From Oculina patagonica (taxonomy: Eukaryota), in the NCBI RefSeq assembly GCF_052425735.1, contig NC_135765.1:31310001-31374000 (forward strand): a stretch of 64,000 bases of DNA. The letters run 5' to 3'. Both the position numbers and the translations under genes were made by a program. Each line of letters starts with the position of its first letter. The first letter of the stretch is position 1. The notes beneath the pieces were generated by a model. That model searched no databases and had not been told where the DNA came from. It worked only from the letters and a program-made list of their open reading frames with translations. Below, piece by piece: positions 1-13,569 of the stretch.

Positions 1-3000
1 TGTTACCAAGCTAATGGAAGAGGACCAGTGTACACAGTGCACAAAAGGTTACTATTGCCATAAGTCGGGTATCACACAGCCAACTGAGGAGTGTCATGCA
101 GGGTATTACTGCATTGAAGGTGCAAGTGTACCAACTCCCAATGATACTGTGACAGGAGCCCCTTGTCCATCAGGTTCGTTCTGCATCAGAGGGTCTCATA
201 AACCGGAACCTTGTCCTGTTGGCACATTTGGACCAAGTCAGAGACTGCAAAGCCGTTCAGGCTGTGTTGATTGTGAGGGAGGGAAGTACTGTAATTATGA
301 GGGATTAGCTGCTCCAAATGGTACCTGTGATCCTGGGTATTTCTGCACAATCCGAGCTGTCAGACCCAACCCTGTCAACGTATCTCAAGGTGGAGGAGTC
401 TGTCCAACGGGACACTACTGCCCTAGGGAAACAACCACTCCATTCAAGTGTCCGCCTGGCACATTTAACAACAAGACGCTTGCAACAGAGCCTTCAGACT
501 GCACTCCATGTACACCAGGGCAGTACTGTGAGGGCTATGCTAACACTTACCCTGATGGACCATGTGACGAAGGCTGGTTCTGTGAAAAAGCAGCATACTC
601 AAAGAGGCCTGTTCCAACAGTGAACACAACCTTCAACAACTCTCTTGACTTCACATGTCCCCTGTACTCAGTGAACTTTACTGGAGGTATTTGCCCTCTT
701 GGTCACTTTTGCCCAGAAGGCTCTTCTGCACCGAAACAATGTCTCAAAGGCAGGTATTGTGGTCAGGTGGGGCTTGCCAGTCCAGAAGGAAACTGTACTG
801 CTGGCTACTATTGCAGTGGCGGTAACATTATTTCAAATCCTAAAAACTGTACTGCAGGGTATTATTGTCCACAAGGAACAGAAATCGAAGTTCCCTGTCC
901 TGTGGGAACATACTCCCCATATGCAGGAAAATCAAAAGAACAAGACTGTTTGGACTGTAAAGCCGGGTTCTACTGTCCACTGCCTGGTGCAACAGAGGTG
1001 TTGTTTGAATGCTTGCAAGGCTATTACTGTCCGAGTGGATCCGAGCACAATGCCACTGTGATTTGTCCACGAGGAAGTAGTTGTCCAACTGGAAGTGGCC
1101 AGCCTGAGAACTGTGTCCCTGGGAAATATCAAGACCAAGAAGGACAATTCCAGTGTAATATTTGTCCAGCGGGGTCTTACTGTGATCCCTCCACAAATCT
1201 TACTGGTGTTATCCATCCAACTAAGTGCACAGCTGGAAATTACTGTCCCAGTGGAACAAAGACTGAAAAGCAATTTCCCTGTCCTGCTGGTACATACAGC
1301 AATGATACAGGCCTAGAAAGATCTTCAGATTGCAAGCTTTGTCCGCCTAAGTTGTTCTGTGGCTCCCCTGGCTTGATCAAACCTTCTGGACCTTGTGCAG
1401 CAGGTTTGTGATAACTTTGTTTTATTGAGAGGAAAGTATTTGCCTATGGGTCATAACCCATGTTCTATCACATTTCACTTCAGAGTCACCATGTGGTAGT
1501 TTACACTAGAATGCATTTAAAACAAGCTTGTACCCTATGGAGAATTTAAATCATGCTTTGTTGTTGGATATATACCTGATTGAAGAAACGTTGACCCATG
1601 AAAAGCTCAAACCAGAACGATAAGACGATGAGATATGGGAGACAGCATTGTTAAGCTTAGTAATATCCCATTTATTTATAATCAAGGCAATGTCTTTGAG
1701 AGTTTAGGAGCATGATTTATGCAACCTGTGTATGTAATTTCATTCTGTCATAGATGACGATTACTTTTCCGATTTCCCACATTTGGGTCGCATCCTTTAT
1801 CGTTTAGGCTCACGGTCACGTCTTCAATCAGGTATATGTAAAAATGATTTACAATAAGACGTAACAGCAAATGTTTGAAGTGGAAAGGGAAATTTATTAA
1901 ATTTGCATTGCATTATACTCTACCTTTGCGTAGATTATAATTAGTTGTGTTAATTTTTTATAGGTCACTACTGCGTGCTGAATGCTTCCACGTCAACACC
2001 AACTGATGGAGTGACAGGCAATGCATGCGAATTGGGCGAATATTGCCCAGAGGGGTCATCAGAAGGAATTGGATGTCCAGCTGGTAAGAATATCATTATC
2101 ATCCTCATTATCATTATTATAATCATTTTATACTAGTAATACGTGACTCGCAGGGCCTCGCGAAGCTCTGGGTTGTGGAGGGGGGGGGGGGTGTTATAAA
2201 TAAGGAGTGGATTATTTGAAGTTGAACATTAATTGAATTGTGATAACCGGTTTTAACCGGTGATTTGTTATTGTTGCCTAGTAACGGGCATGGCCGCAAC
2301 ACCCTCGTTCCCAGGGTCTACTCCGCTTTGAAGATGGCGGCTCTTTCTGGTTCGTAAAGAGGTATAAAGCGTTGGGAAGCTCAGGCTATTTTCAAAATCA
2401 TCCATAAATTATTGGATAGCCGCATTTTGGACTTTTATTTGAGGGCATTAAAAAAAAACCTAGCCGGATTCAAACCCCCGCCCTCAGTCCCGAAAATCTG
2501 ATTTCAAGTTCGACGCCTCACACCATTAGGCCACCAGCGCGCAGCCGTGTGACGTCATTTCCGCCACACACCAAGCTCACAGATATATATGACCGTAAAC
2601 TCCACACAAGATTTCATCCCGCCTGAGCCCTTTGAGGGACAAAATTATACACCCTGCTACGCTCGGCCTTCGGCCTTGCTTCGCGAGGAATAATGGAATA
2701 ATGTTTTGATTTTGTGTAAAGCATTAAATACGGTTAACTCTCTGAGTGCCTCTCTCCACACTAGTAGCATCCAGGGGGAGTAGAAATAGTCCTAGCCACT
2801 TGATGCTACAAAAGCCAGGATAAGCTTCGGCCTGAAGGGCCACTAGGCCCAAATGCAGACTTTACCAATTAAATTGTTGAAAACATTAACGTGGATAAGC
2901 AGGACATTTTAAGGAAACGTTTACAGTGCTTAAACAATTGGCATTTCGATCTTTCTTCCACAGGGACGTTTTACAACCGAACTGGGCTACAGAATGAGAC

Positions 3001-6000
3001 AGGATGCTTGCCCTGTTCAGCAGGCTACTACTGTGATGGAACAGGAAACATAGTTCCCAGCAAGAAGTGCCATGAGGGATTCTGGTGCAGGGGTGGCTCT
3101 TCAGAAGAACAGCCGCTGAATCAACCATATGGCACAGAGTGCCCAAATGGTAGTTACTGCCCCAGAGGCACCCCATCCCCAGTGCTGTGCCCTAAGGGAA
3201 CATATCAGCCAAGACAGCGCAACACTAGAGTCGAAGACTGCGTAGATTGTGATCCTGGAAAGTTCTGTAGTGAAACAGGCCTTAGTGCTGTGAGCGGTGA
3301 TTGCAAGGCAGGATACTTCTGCAAGAATAAGGCAGACAAGAGCAATCCAGAGGATGGGGTAACAGGCGATATTTGTCCTGTAGGCAGCTTCTGTGTTGAA
3401 GGCTCTATACAGCCGCATACATGCTACAATGGAACGTACATGAATCATACAGGTAACTCTTGCTGTTTGATGTGGCTCACAACAGTCTTAAACGTGAAAC
3501 TCCTTGTTGAGCTAGCATTACAAGTCTTCTTGCTGATTGTCCGTTTTGTTTTTGTTTTATATATTAGGCCTGGTTCACACTAGCGACATATCGACATAAC
3601 GGCAAGGCCTCACAAATGCTAAAAACACCTCACGTTGATGTTTTATGTCACCAGTGTGAACAACATGACATAACGTCATAGTTGGAACATAATGACATAA
3701 GCATAACGAAATAAGGAAAGAACTGAACTTTTCTTTATGTCATTATGTCCATGTCGTTATGTTGTTAGTGTGAACCAGGCCTTATTCAAATTGTCAAATT
3801 TAATTTTAATTTCATGGATTTGATGACAAGTTTAAACAGTGCTTTCTTGTTACAAATGCCCGTTATACACACCTTCCTTTTTGCCAGCATATATTGATGT
3901 AATGAAAAATTCAGGTACAAGATCATTCTGGGATATTTCAATTTACTAGAACCTTTTCCTTCCTTAAGGGTGTATTGATTTGCCTCGTTTAAATTATTAA
4001 GTGTGACCATTCCAAAGGAAGCTATTAAGCAGTATATTGTGTTTCTGTTGCTCTATGTTCACTCCTAATCAAGTTTTACTTTGTGTTCTAGGTGCTTCTT
4101 CCTGCTACGTCTGTCCTGCGGGATACCAGTGTATCAGAGCTGTCTTACCTGACCCATGCCCTGCAGGATTCTACTGTCCTGAAGGAACTGGATACGATAC
4201 ACAACCCTGTCCTGTTGGTACTATTGGTAACAGAACAGGTTTGGCCAATGAGAGTGAGTGTACGCAGTGTCCTGGTGGTTCATTCTGCGAGACGGCTGGT
4301 CGTAACACTGTCACTGGGCAATGTCAAGGAGGTAGGTCGAGATTATTGCCCAATAATTTTGAGCAGCGTTAGTAAGATGACTTGCACCATAGTTAATAGA
4401 GAGAAATTGTTATGAAGCCCGGCAAAGTTCTTTGTTGACCTATTTTGGGAGCTGACGGTCCCAAAACCTGACAAAATGCAATAGGTGGTTTGGTTTCTTC
4501 ATACAACTAACCAGTAAATAGTGTAAGGGTTTAAAACAAAAGATCTGCCCGGTCATGGACCTTCCAACTTAAATCTTGACGTCTTTTTTTGCTCCTTTGA
4601 TGTTTGCCGGGCTTCCTAACTATTTCCTCTATTAACTATGCTTGGTAGGTAGGTAGGCAGGTAGGCAATCTTTATTTCCACACGATTTAAACATCAGCTT
4701 TTTTAAAAATACTATATACAATCCTAAATCTCTGCCCTAAAGACAAGCACTGATGTGATAAAATAGAAGGGAGTTGTCAATTTACTTTTTGTAAGAATTG
4801 CATCGCTTTATTTGTACTGATAAATAGGATGATGTGAAAAGTTTAACTTATGCTTGTAAATGCTATTATCTTTTAAGGTTTCTACTGTACATCAGGTGTG
4901 AACGTCAGTGCTCCTGATCAGCATTTCACTGGCGCTGGAGGAAAGTGCCCTGTAGGTCATGAGTGCCCAGAAGGTAGCAGTACGTTCCATCCATGTGACC
5001 CTGGATATTATGCAGCTGTGGAAGGAATGTCAGCTTGTGATGTGTGTCCTGCAGGTCTGTAAACTACCATCTTACTTACGTAATCCTCTTTGTTTCTAGT
5101 GGAACATAGGTCCTCAACTAGTGCTGCCACCTGACCCTGTTTAATGCAGTACATTTTGCCTCATTCCATGTAAGGTGTTTCTCGTCCAGCTCTGCCATTC
5201 TCATTCATCACGAGTTGTGCTGAGGTCTCCATCTCTTTTGCTTCCCCTGTTTTTTCCACTCTAGTACCCTCTTGGCTACATGTCCAACTGGTCCCCTCAG
5301 CACGTGGCCAATCCAACCCCAAGTTCTTTGCCTCATCTCTTCCGCTATCGGTTGCTACCATGAACTATCATTATTATCATCATTGTACCAGTCATCGTTT
5401 ACATTTTATATTTCAAATTTCAGATTTATCTCATTTCTAGTTATGCTGATTTTTGTGATTCATGATAGCTTACCATAACCCGATCCAACTTTGATTTTTA
5501 GGCAAATACTGCAATGGTACCACAGTCACCCCAGCATCCTGCCCCAAAGGACATTTCTGTCCAAATGGCACAGAATTTGCCACTCAGCATCCATGCAGAC
5601 CAGGGACTTACAACAATGTCACAGACCAAACTTCAGAGTTTGCATGCAAGCTATGTGATCCAGGGAAGTACTGTGAGGGCTATGCACGTGTGTGGCCTAA
5701 TGACTACTGTGATGAAGGTTTCTTCTGCTCCGGTGGATCGTGGTCCAAGCGTCCAGGAGACATTGGTGTCGCCAATTATGATAATGCAACAAGCCCTGCT
5801 GACAGCTGTTACACAGTGTTCGAGTGTGTGTGCCCAGCATGGAACAAAACTACAGGTAGAAACTACAGGTTGAAAGCTAAAGACATAAGACTTTGTCAGC
5901 TTGTGATGTGTTTCCTGCAGGTCTTAATACTTAACACGCGACCCCACAAGCTATGTAGTTTTTTATCCCATCGTGTATAAATAAAGGTTTTGTTGTTGTT

Positions 6001-9000
6001 GTTGTTGTTGTAGAACAAAAACTTACACTGGTTGTAGAGATGGCAACTGTAGAAGCATATTAAGACGGAATCCATTGAGAAATCGAGTTATTTAAATTGT
6101 AGCTGGACAAAAAGCGAGTACCAGAATAATTTAAATCCTATTGCGTTATTTTCTAACATTTTTGAAAGCTAAAGACATAAGTAATTATCCGTGGTAACAC
6201 CAACAACAATTTTTATATCACAGCCTGAAAAAAGTTAATTTCAAAGTTCTTAAAAACCATGTAAACTAAAAGTAAAATCTTACGAATAGCTGCTTTGTAA
6301 AATCACCTATTAAGCGACTAAGTGAAATTCAGTGGAACTCCAAAATTTGTTTTCCATGTTTGGTGTTGTTAGAAACGATTTCTTTTGACAAGATATTTGA
6401 AACAGTAACACAGAAGTTTTCAATAAGATGTATATAATTTCCGTATATAATTCTGTCCAATTAATACTCAACGTCCTGGTAAAATCCGTCTTAAACACTT
6501 ATATCATTTTTGTTGCAGGTGACATTTGTCCAGCTGGCTACTATTGTCCCAGGGGTTCGTCTCGTCCAAGGCCTTGTAAACTTGGTCAGTACTGTCCTCG
6601 TGCGGCATTAGCTGAACCTGTTGGAAATTGTACTGCTGGATATTACTGTAATGACAGTTCAACTGTGCCTGATCAGTTTGATTGTCCAATTGGCCATTAT
6701 TGCCCAACAGGAACGGGAATTCCGGTCGCTTGCCCTGAAGGGAAATTCTCTAACACGCCAAGGAACACAGAACATGCAAACTGTGGAGACTGTACAGCTG
6801 GCTGGTACTGCGCTGGTACAGGAAATTTTGCACCAACAGACAAATGTGCTGCTAATTTTTACTGCCCCGGTGGCCAAAGCACTGCAACACCAGGAGAATA
6901 CCTGTGTACTCCAGGTCACTTCTGCAAAGTTGGAACAGCACAACCAGTCAGATGTGAAAATGGTACCTTCCAAAATGAGCCTGGCAAAAGTTCTTGCAAG
7001 ACATGTCCAGATGGTTATTACTGTGACGCTACCAATGCAGCTGTTGTTAATGCAACGTTGTGTCCTCGTGGTTATTATTGCCCAGCAGGCACTGGAAACT
7101 ATCGTGACTTCCCTTGCCCAGAACGTAAGTACTTTCTTATTCTTACATGAAGAGAGGACATCGTGGAAGGTCTATGATCCATTTCAGCTTAACAGTGATC
7201 AATCAGCATGTCTCATCTCATCAAAATGTTTCATAGCGTTCGTGTGAATACAAAACTGAAGGGGAGCGTACCTTTAAGCGATACTTCAAATTTCTTCCAC
7301 CTAGTATGATACGAAATGCAGACATCAGGCTGTAGATATTGTTGTTTAAAATGGAAAGCTACGCTTATTCAGGCTTCTAATCAGTTTGGGTATGCTCTGT
7401 GCTCGAAAGCTGTCATCTAACCCCTGCTTTCATAACCAGTATTTATTTTTTTAGATCTCTTATCAAAATGGGACACAGCAGATGAGAAAAGTTAATACTA
7501 GTAGTAAATAAAAAATTAATTTATAGAGCATCCTACGTGTAACCTTAAAAGGGGTTGACCAGGTGATTTTTTGCATTGGCATGTCCGAGAATTGAGACTG
7601 TCATCCTTGAACTCCAGCTGGTGGTCAGAGTGAAGTAGATGTCAAGTCATATACCCTGACGACACTGTCTCTACACATTCACATTTCATCTATTTATTAA
7701 CTGGGTTTTTATTCAACCCTTGACAACCAATTAGCAGTTAAATATAAGGTGCGACCCTTCAGCTACTTTCTCTTAAATTCCAGGTACTTACAATGACAGA
7801 TTAGGTTTGATGGCCATTGGAAACTGCACAGATTGTCCACGAGGAAAGTTCTGTGGAAGGGAGGGCTTGACTCAGCCATCTGGCGACTGTTACGGTGGCC
7901 ATTACTGCACAGAGCGATCAAAGTCTCAAGCGCCAGTGAATGACCTTCTAGCCACCAACTACCCAGACCATGTGGACTTTCCATTCCCTTTCTTGAATGA
8001 TGACTGCCCTCCTGGACATTTCTGCCCTAATGGGTCTGATCCTGAACCGTGTCCAGCTGGGACCTTCCATAACGATGGTGGCATTTCCAACAAGACGCAG
8101 TGTAACCCATGTCCTGTAGGAAGGTACTGCAATGGATCTGGTATATTAAGCGGCCCAGCTCCACCATGTGATGCTGGATATGTGTGCACTGGAGGGTCGA
8201 GTGAGCCAAAGCCTACTCATCCATCCATGGGGTACATCTGTCCTCGTGGCTTCCACTGCCCTGCTGGTAAGATGATAATAATATGTTTAAAAGATTTAGC
8301 CGAGCCTAAAAGCAAAGCTTCCCAGTTATTTACGTCGCCTTTATTTAAATCTGAATCTATTGACCATAGAGAGAAAAAATGTGACTTGGGCCCGCGATTC
8401 AATGAAAAATCATTACCTTGTCAGCGGTCAACTTCAGAAAACATGTGACCTCGATGAGCTTTGCAAACCATGCTGCTAGCCATGATGTCCATGAAAAAAA
8501 CAAATGCAGGATTCTCCTAGTTCTATGGCTATGGGGCTCTGCTCTGCAACCCTTCGGGCCGCTTGGGAGCTCTGCTACAACAGTAAAGACTTTATTTGTG
8601 GAGTTAAGGGCGTTTTTTGTAAAATGATACTGTTAGATCTTAAAACTGTCAGTATGTGCCCTGTGTATTGTAGTGTTGGCAATTTAGCCACCACCATCTA
8701 TCAGGTTATTGGCCACAAATCTACGACTATGTTTCCTTTGAAAGGCCCTGTTTTGTTTTCAAAATTGCTGTTTAGTGAATAAGGAGAAAACATATTAAGT
8801 GCCTGTTTGACTGTATTATTTTTGGCATCCTGATCAACATAACAACAGTGTACATAGTGAAAAATTACTAAATCCTTATCTTTATGTAATTAGGTACCAA
8901 TATAGAACTAAGCTGCCTGCCTGGCACTTATCAGCCTAATCTGGGACAAGGAGAGTGTATCCCGTGTGGTGCTGGGAACATGTGTCCATACCAGAACATG

Positions 9001-12000
9001 TCATCAGTCGAACCGTGTCAAGCTGGCTACTATTGTCCAAATGGAACACTGGTGCCGTGTCCTGCAGGAACGTATGGCAATCGTAGTGGACTGTCCTCTC
9101 TTGACATGTGCACTGACTGTCCTTCAGGAGTGTTCTGTCAGGTAATGATGAAATTGTACAACGTTGATAGGCTGAGTCCTAGAGCACTTACCATTAGTCA
9201 GAACTGACCAGCCAGACTGGTATATTCAAGACCAGAATTCCATTCCTAGTCAAAAATTTGTCCAGTCTGAATCAGACAATGCATAAATATTATACAATGT
9301 TGTGGTGGGTTTGTAGGAAAATCTCGTGGATAAGGCTCATTTCACATTCAAAACGACAGGACCAGCAAACCAGTTTGGACTAATGGAAAGTGCCCCAAGT
9401 TAAATAAGTACAATCATTTGCAAAAAGAGTGGAGACACTCTTGCTTAAGAATGTCATTTAAGACATTTCTACAATGATACGTTGTGGCTCGCCTATCCAC
9501 TTTATTAATGTTGTCTGCATTAAAGGATTACCGGTACATTCAAACGTACAAGAAACAACTTTGAATGGGGGACGAGGGGTCAACTGAAATTAATTGTTAA
9601 TGCAGGCAAGTAGTTGAAGCTCCCTCTAGCCTCCACATAGCACAGTAGTAGGGCATTAGATGTTCTAAAGGCAATAAACAAGAATGAGTCCTTTTGAGAG
9701 ATGGGATTTTTCTGAGGACAGAATGCTGGTGTTACTAATTGAGAAATGTATTTCTCAAGAACACGAGGCTTTCTAGAAACCTACAGTCACCTTGAAAGAA
9801 CTCACAAATTTGTAACTGGCAAATAAATAACGAGTGTCATATACTCACTGTTTAAATTGATTCTTTCAATCACAGGACTATGCACAAACGGTTCCTAAAG
9901 GCCCATGTACAGCAGGATGGTTCTGTCAGGGAAAAGCCAGCACCTCTACACCCTCATCAATACCAGAGTACCCTAGAAACGGTCCCTGTCCAACCGGTCA
10001 CTACTGTATCCGGGGCACTCAAGCACCTGCTGCATGTCCCCCAGGCACATTCCGTAATAGTACTGGTGCACGATCTGTAGATGAGTGCCTTGATTGCACT
10101 CCTGGGTTCTACTGTAAGGGGTATAACAACTCTTTCCCAACTGGGCCCTGTGCACCTGGCTATTATTGTCCACAAGGTTCTAGAGCTAACGTGTCTAAGC
10201 CCCATGGATATTTGTGCCCTACCGGCCATTTCTGTCCTGGACAAACTGCAGACCCAGAGGAGTGTGGCGCAGGTTTGTGAATGATGTCTTTAACAAATGA
10301 ATACAAGAAGGTTTTTAAATAGACTATTGTCCAATATTTTCTTCACTGCTATTACGTCCCGAGGAACCTTTTTTGTTTCAAAATGCTTTCTTTTTTAACT
10401 AACATCCTAGAATTATGATTTATGGTGCAAAACGACATTGTATGATGTAATTGAGTATGTTTTACCTATCCTTATAACAGGAAATTTTCGTGACATCTAA
10501 ATTCCACGATATTGAACTGACCCTGTTTCATGATACTAAGATTTTACGGTTTTGCATACTCAATTCTAAAGGATGAAATGTTGAATAAAGGAAACCAAAC
10601 AAGTTGTTTTTTAAGTTAAGCTTAAGAGTTCTTCAGCTGCGTCTAAAAAACCAACTCAGTGTTTGAAATTAAAAGGTATTATTAAAGTTTACTTAAATCT
10701 ATTGGCTTTAATTTTTGCACCGTTTTTTTTCCTTAATCGAATTCACGCAATTTAAAAAATACCACAAAACCGTGCCGAAAATGAAATGTCAGGAGAGTCG
10801 CTTAACTCACATTGTGCTGCACAGAACAAAACTTACGTAAATTGCCTTCATGTTGTAAATCCCCTGGGATGAGGTGATGATCTATGATTTGCTTTGACAG
10901 GTTCTAACCAGGAAAATACAGGCCAGGCTGAATGCGATCTTTGCCCTGCTGGCTACTATTGCCCGATCAAGACTACCATTGTCAATAAATGTCCTCCACG
11001 GCATTACTGTCCTGCCGGTACGGTCGTGCCTCTCACTTGTCTGAATGGAACTTTCACCCATGACAACATGACTGGTTTAGCAAATGCATCTCAGTGTCTG
11101 CCCTGTATCACCGGGTTTTACTGCCGCATTGGTCAGGTCGTTGCACCTTGTGACGGTGGGTATTATTGCAAGGCTGGCAGTCCTGATCCAAACCCGTCTG
11201 GCTACTGGTATCCTGTCGAGGCTGGTCCATGTGCCAAAGGATATTACTGCCCCAATGGTACACTGCTACCTATCCCATGTCCTGGTAACACAATGAAGAA
11301 CTACACTGGTGGCTATGGGACACTCAGCGACTGTACTCCTTGCCTAGCTGGAAGGTTCTGCTTAAATGGTAAGGATGATAATGGTTAATGGTTCTTTGTT
11401 GATTTTACCTACCGTAGAAAGTTCTATTAAGCCTGACACTTTTTAAGTCCTTTTGAGGGGTAAGAGGCTTATTTCGAGTTAGGTTTTCTATAAAAGAAGT
11501 AAAGCGGACCTTTTTATTGATTTATTGTTGTTTAATAAAATCTTATAAATTAGCAACACTAATAAGTAAATGTGGTAGATAAGGGTTAACCGTGGAAGTC
11601 CACAGTTGCCTTGTTACCTCGTTAATTAATTGTCATGACTTTCCATGTAGGCAAGGGGCAAACGTTAAGCTATTACTCTGGAATGGAACTAAAAAAATGT
11701 ATTTTTTGGTTAAAATCCTCATAAATTGGAATAAAAGAAGCACATCAAAGACGTTATAATTAACTTGATTTTGCTTGTTTTCATTAGGAACAGCAACTGG
11801 TGTGCTATGTCCTCGTGGAAAGTATTGTCCTCGCGGAGAGGCTCCAATAGACTGTCCCACACACAGATACCGTGACATCGTTGGCGGCAAAGACTTAGAT
11901 GACTGTTTCCCCTGTCCTGCTGGCTACTGGTGTAATCTTACAGGCATGGTCAATTACAACAACAGCTTCTGCCCTATTGGGAAATTTTGTCCGAGTCAAC

Positions 12001-13569
12001 TTGGGCCCACTCTCTGTGGGGCAGGACGTCGCCGTGAAACCCCTGGGGCTGGGAGTAGAGAGGAATGTGGTCTATGTCCTGGCGGTTTCTATTGTCCTAA
12101 TGATACCATCAATGTCCAGGGAATACCATGTGATGCCAGGTATTATTGTCCAGTGGGTTCGTCAGTGCAGAAGCTTTGCCCAGGAGGAGCATATTGCCCT
12201 GGTACAACAGCCACACCCATACCCTGCCCAGGTATGTGCTTATTGCTTTGTCGCAATTCGTATATTGGCCATTTCTCAGTGAGTTGTTCAAGGAACTGGG
12301 CGTTCTTTAAATATTTAACCAATCAATAAACTGACACTACTACATGGAAGAGGAAGATCATGGTGAAACTGGCCATTTGACCAAGATTGATCAATGCTTT
12401 TCGATTGAACAGAGACCAAATTATGGGATATCTTTTGAGCCGAAACGTTTGTCAAATTATGGACCTTGCAACATGGTTCAAAATCCAGACAAGTGTCTCT
12501 TATTTTGAGATTTTGATTTCTGTGATACTCTTAAAAAATGAGCAAACATAGTGTTTTTTTATCTCAGCTTCTTCCAGATGGTAGGTCCATGCAGGATTTT
12601 ATAGTTATCACAAAACTGGTAAAAAAGCATTTAAGGGTTGATATGGTTTTGGGGGACACTGTCTCAAAAATAGATACATTTGTATGGATTTTGCACTAAA
12701 TTTCAAGGTGCATAACTTGGTCTGTGTTCAACATAAAATCATCAAACTTGGTCAAATGACCAATCTCGACGTGATCTTTCGATTAGTTAAAGTTTGAAAC
12801 TCGCCCCAGTTCCCTTTGCAACTCCAAAATGGCCAATCAAGATGCTGTCCACCTTTTTGAACAAATTTACGCAGGGCCCCTGTTGATACCAGCCAAGTGC
12901 TGATTGGGCCACCCTGCCTTGCCTTGACTTGTGTACATAACAGTTTACAGTTCCTATTGTATTTGTTTTCAGGTGGTTCCTACTGTCCAAATGGATCATT
13001 GACGCACATTCCATGTCAGTACCCAAATTACTGTCCACCAAACAGCACTCAAGAACTAAAATGCAATCTCGGCTACCAGGCTTTAAATAGATCAGGAAAG
13101 CGAGACTATCACGAGAATGCAGTGTCAGATTTGTCCTGGAGGGACATATGGTAATGACCCTGGGCGTCTGGTATGTAAAACCTGTCCAGCAGGTTTCTTC
13201 TGCCCCAAAGGTACTAAAGGACCCTTTGACAATCTGTGCCCAGAAGGCGCCTATTGTCCTGAGGGGTCTGCAGTAGTACAACCCTGTGCTCCTGGTTCCT
13301 ATGGTAACCGTTCCCAAGCAACAGCACCTTCCGATTGTTACCCGTGCCCGCCAAAATCCTTCAACAATTTAGAGTATCAAACAGCTTGTCGTCCATGTGG
13401 AAGCAGCTCATTTTCAGAAGAAGGCCAAGCAGTGTGCACATGTTTTGGCAAGAACCGGTATTTCCAGGTGTCAGATGGTTCATGTGATTGCCTATCTGGA
13501 TATGTGTTTTATGGGACAGCAGATAAAAAGCAGGAAGATGGCAATAGTGACTTGGATTGCCAGCCTGAG
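1..13569 (+). CDS. Ectodomain exons 1-13 of the giant gene: tandem CPxGxYCPxG / CxxCxxGxYC cysteine repeats (GCC2/GCC3-like)
   Basis: Dozens of CP(A/K)G(Y/F/H)(Y/F)CPxG(S/T) units and many N-x-S/T sequons in ORFs 14..1411, 2891..3583, 6428..7150, 7807..8448, 10894..11388, 11775..12329 and 13117..13575; mostly phase-1 introns. Confidence 0.9.
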
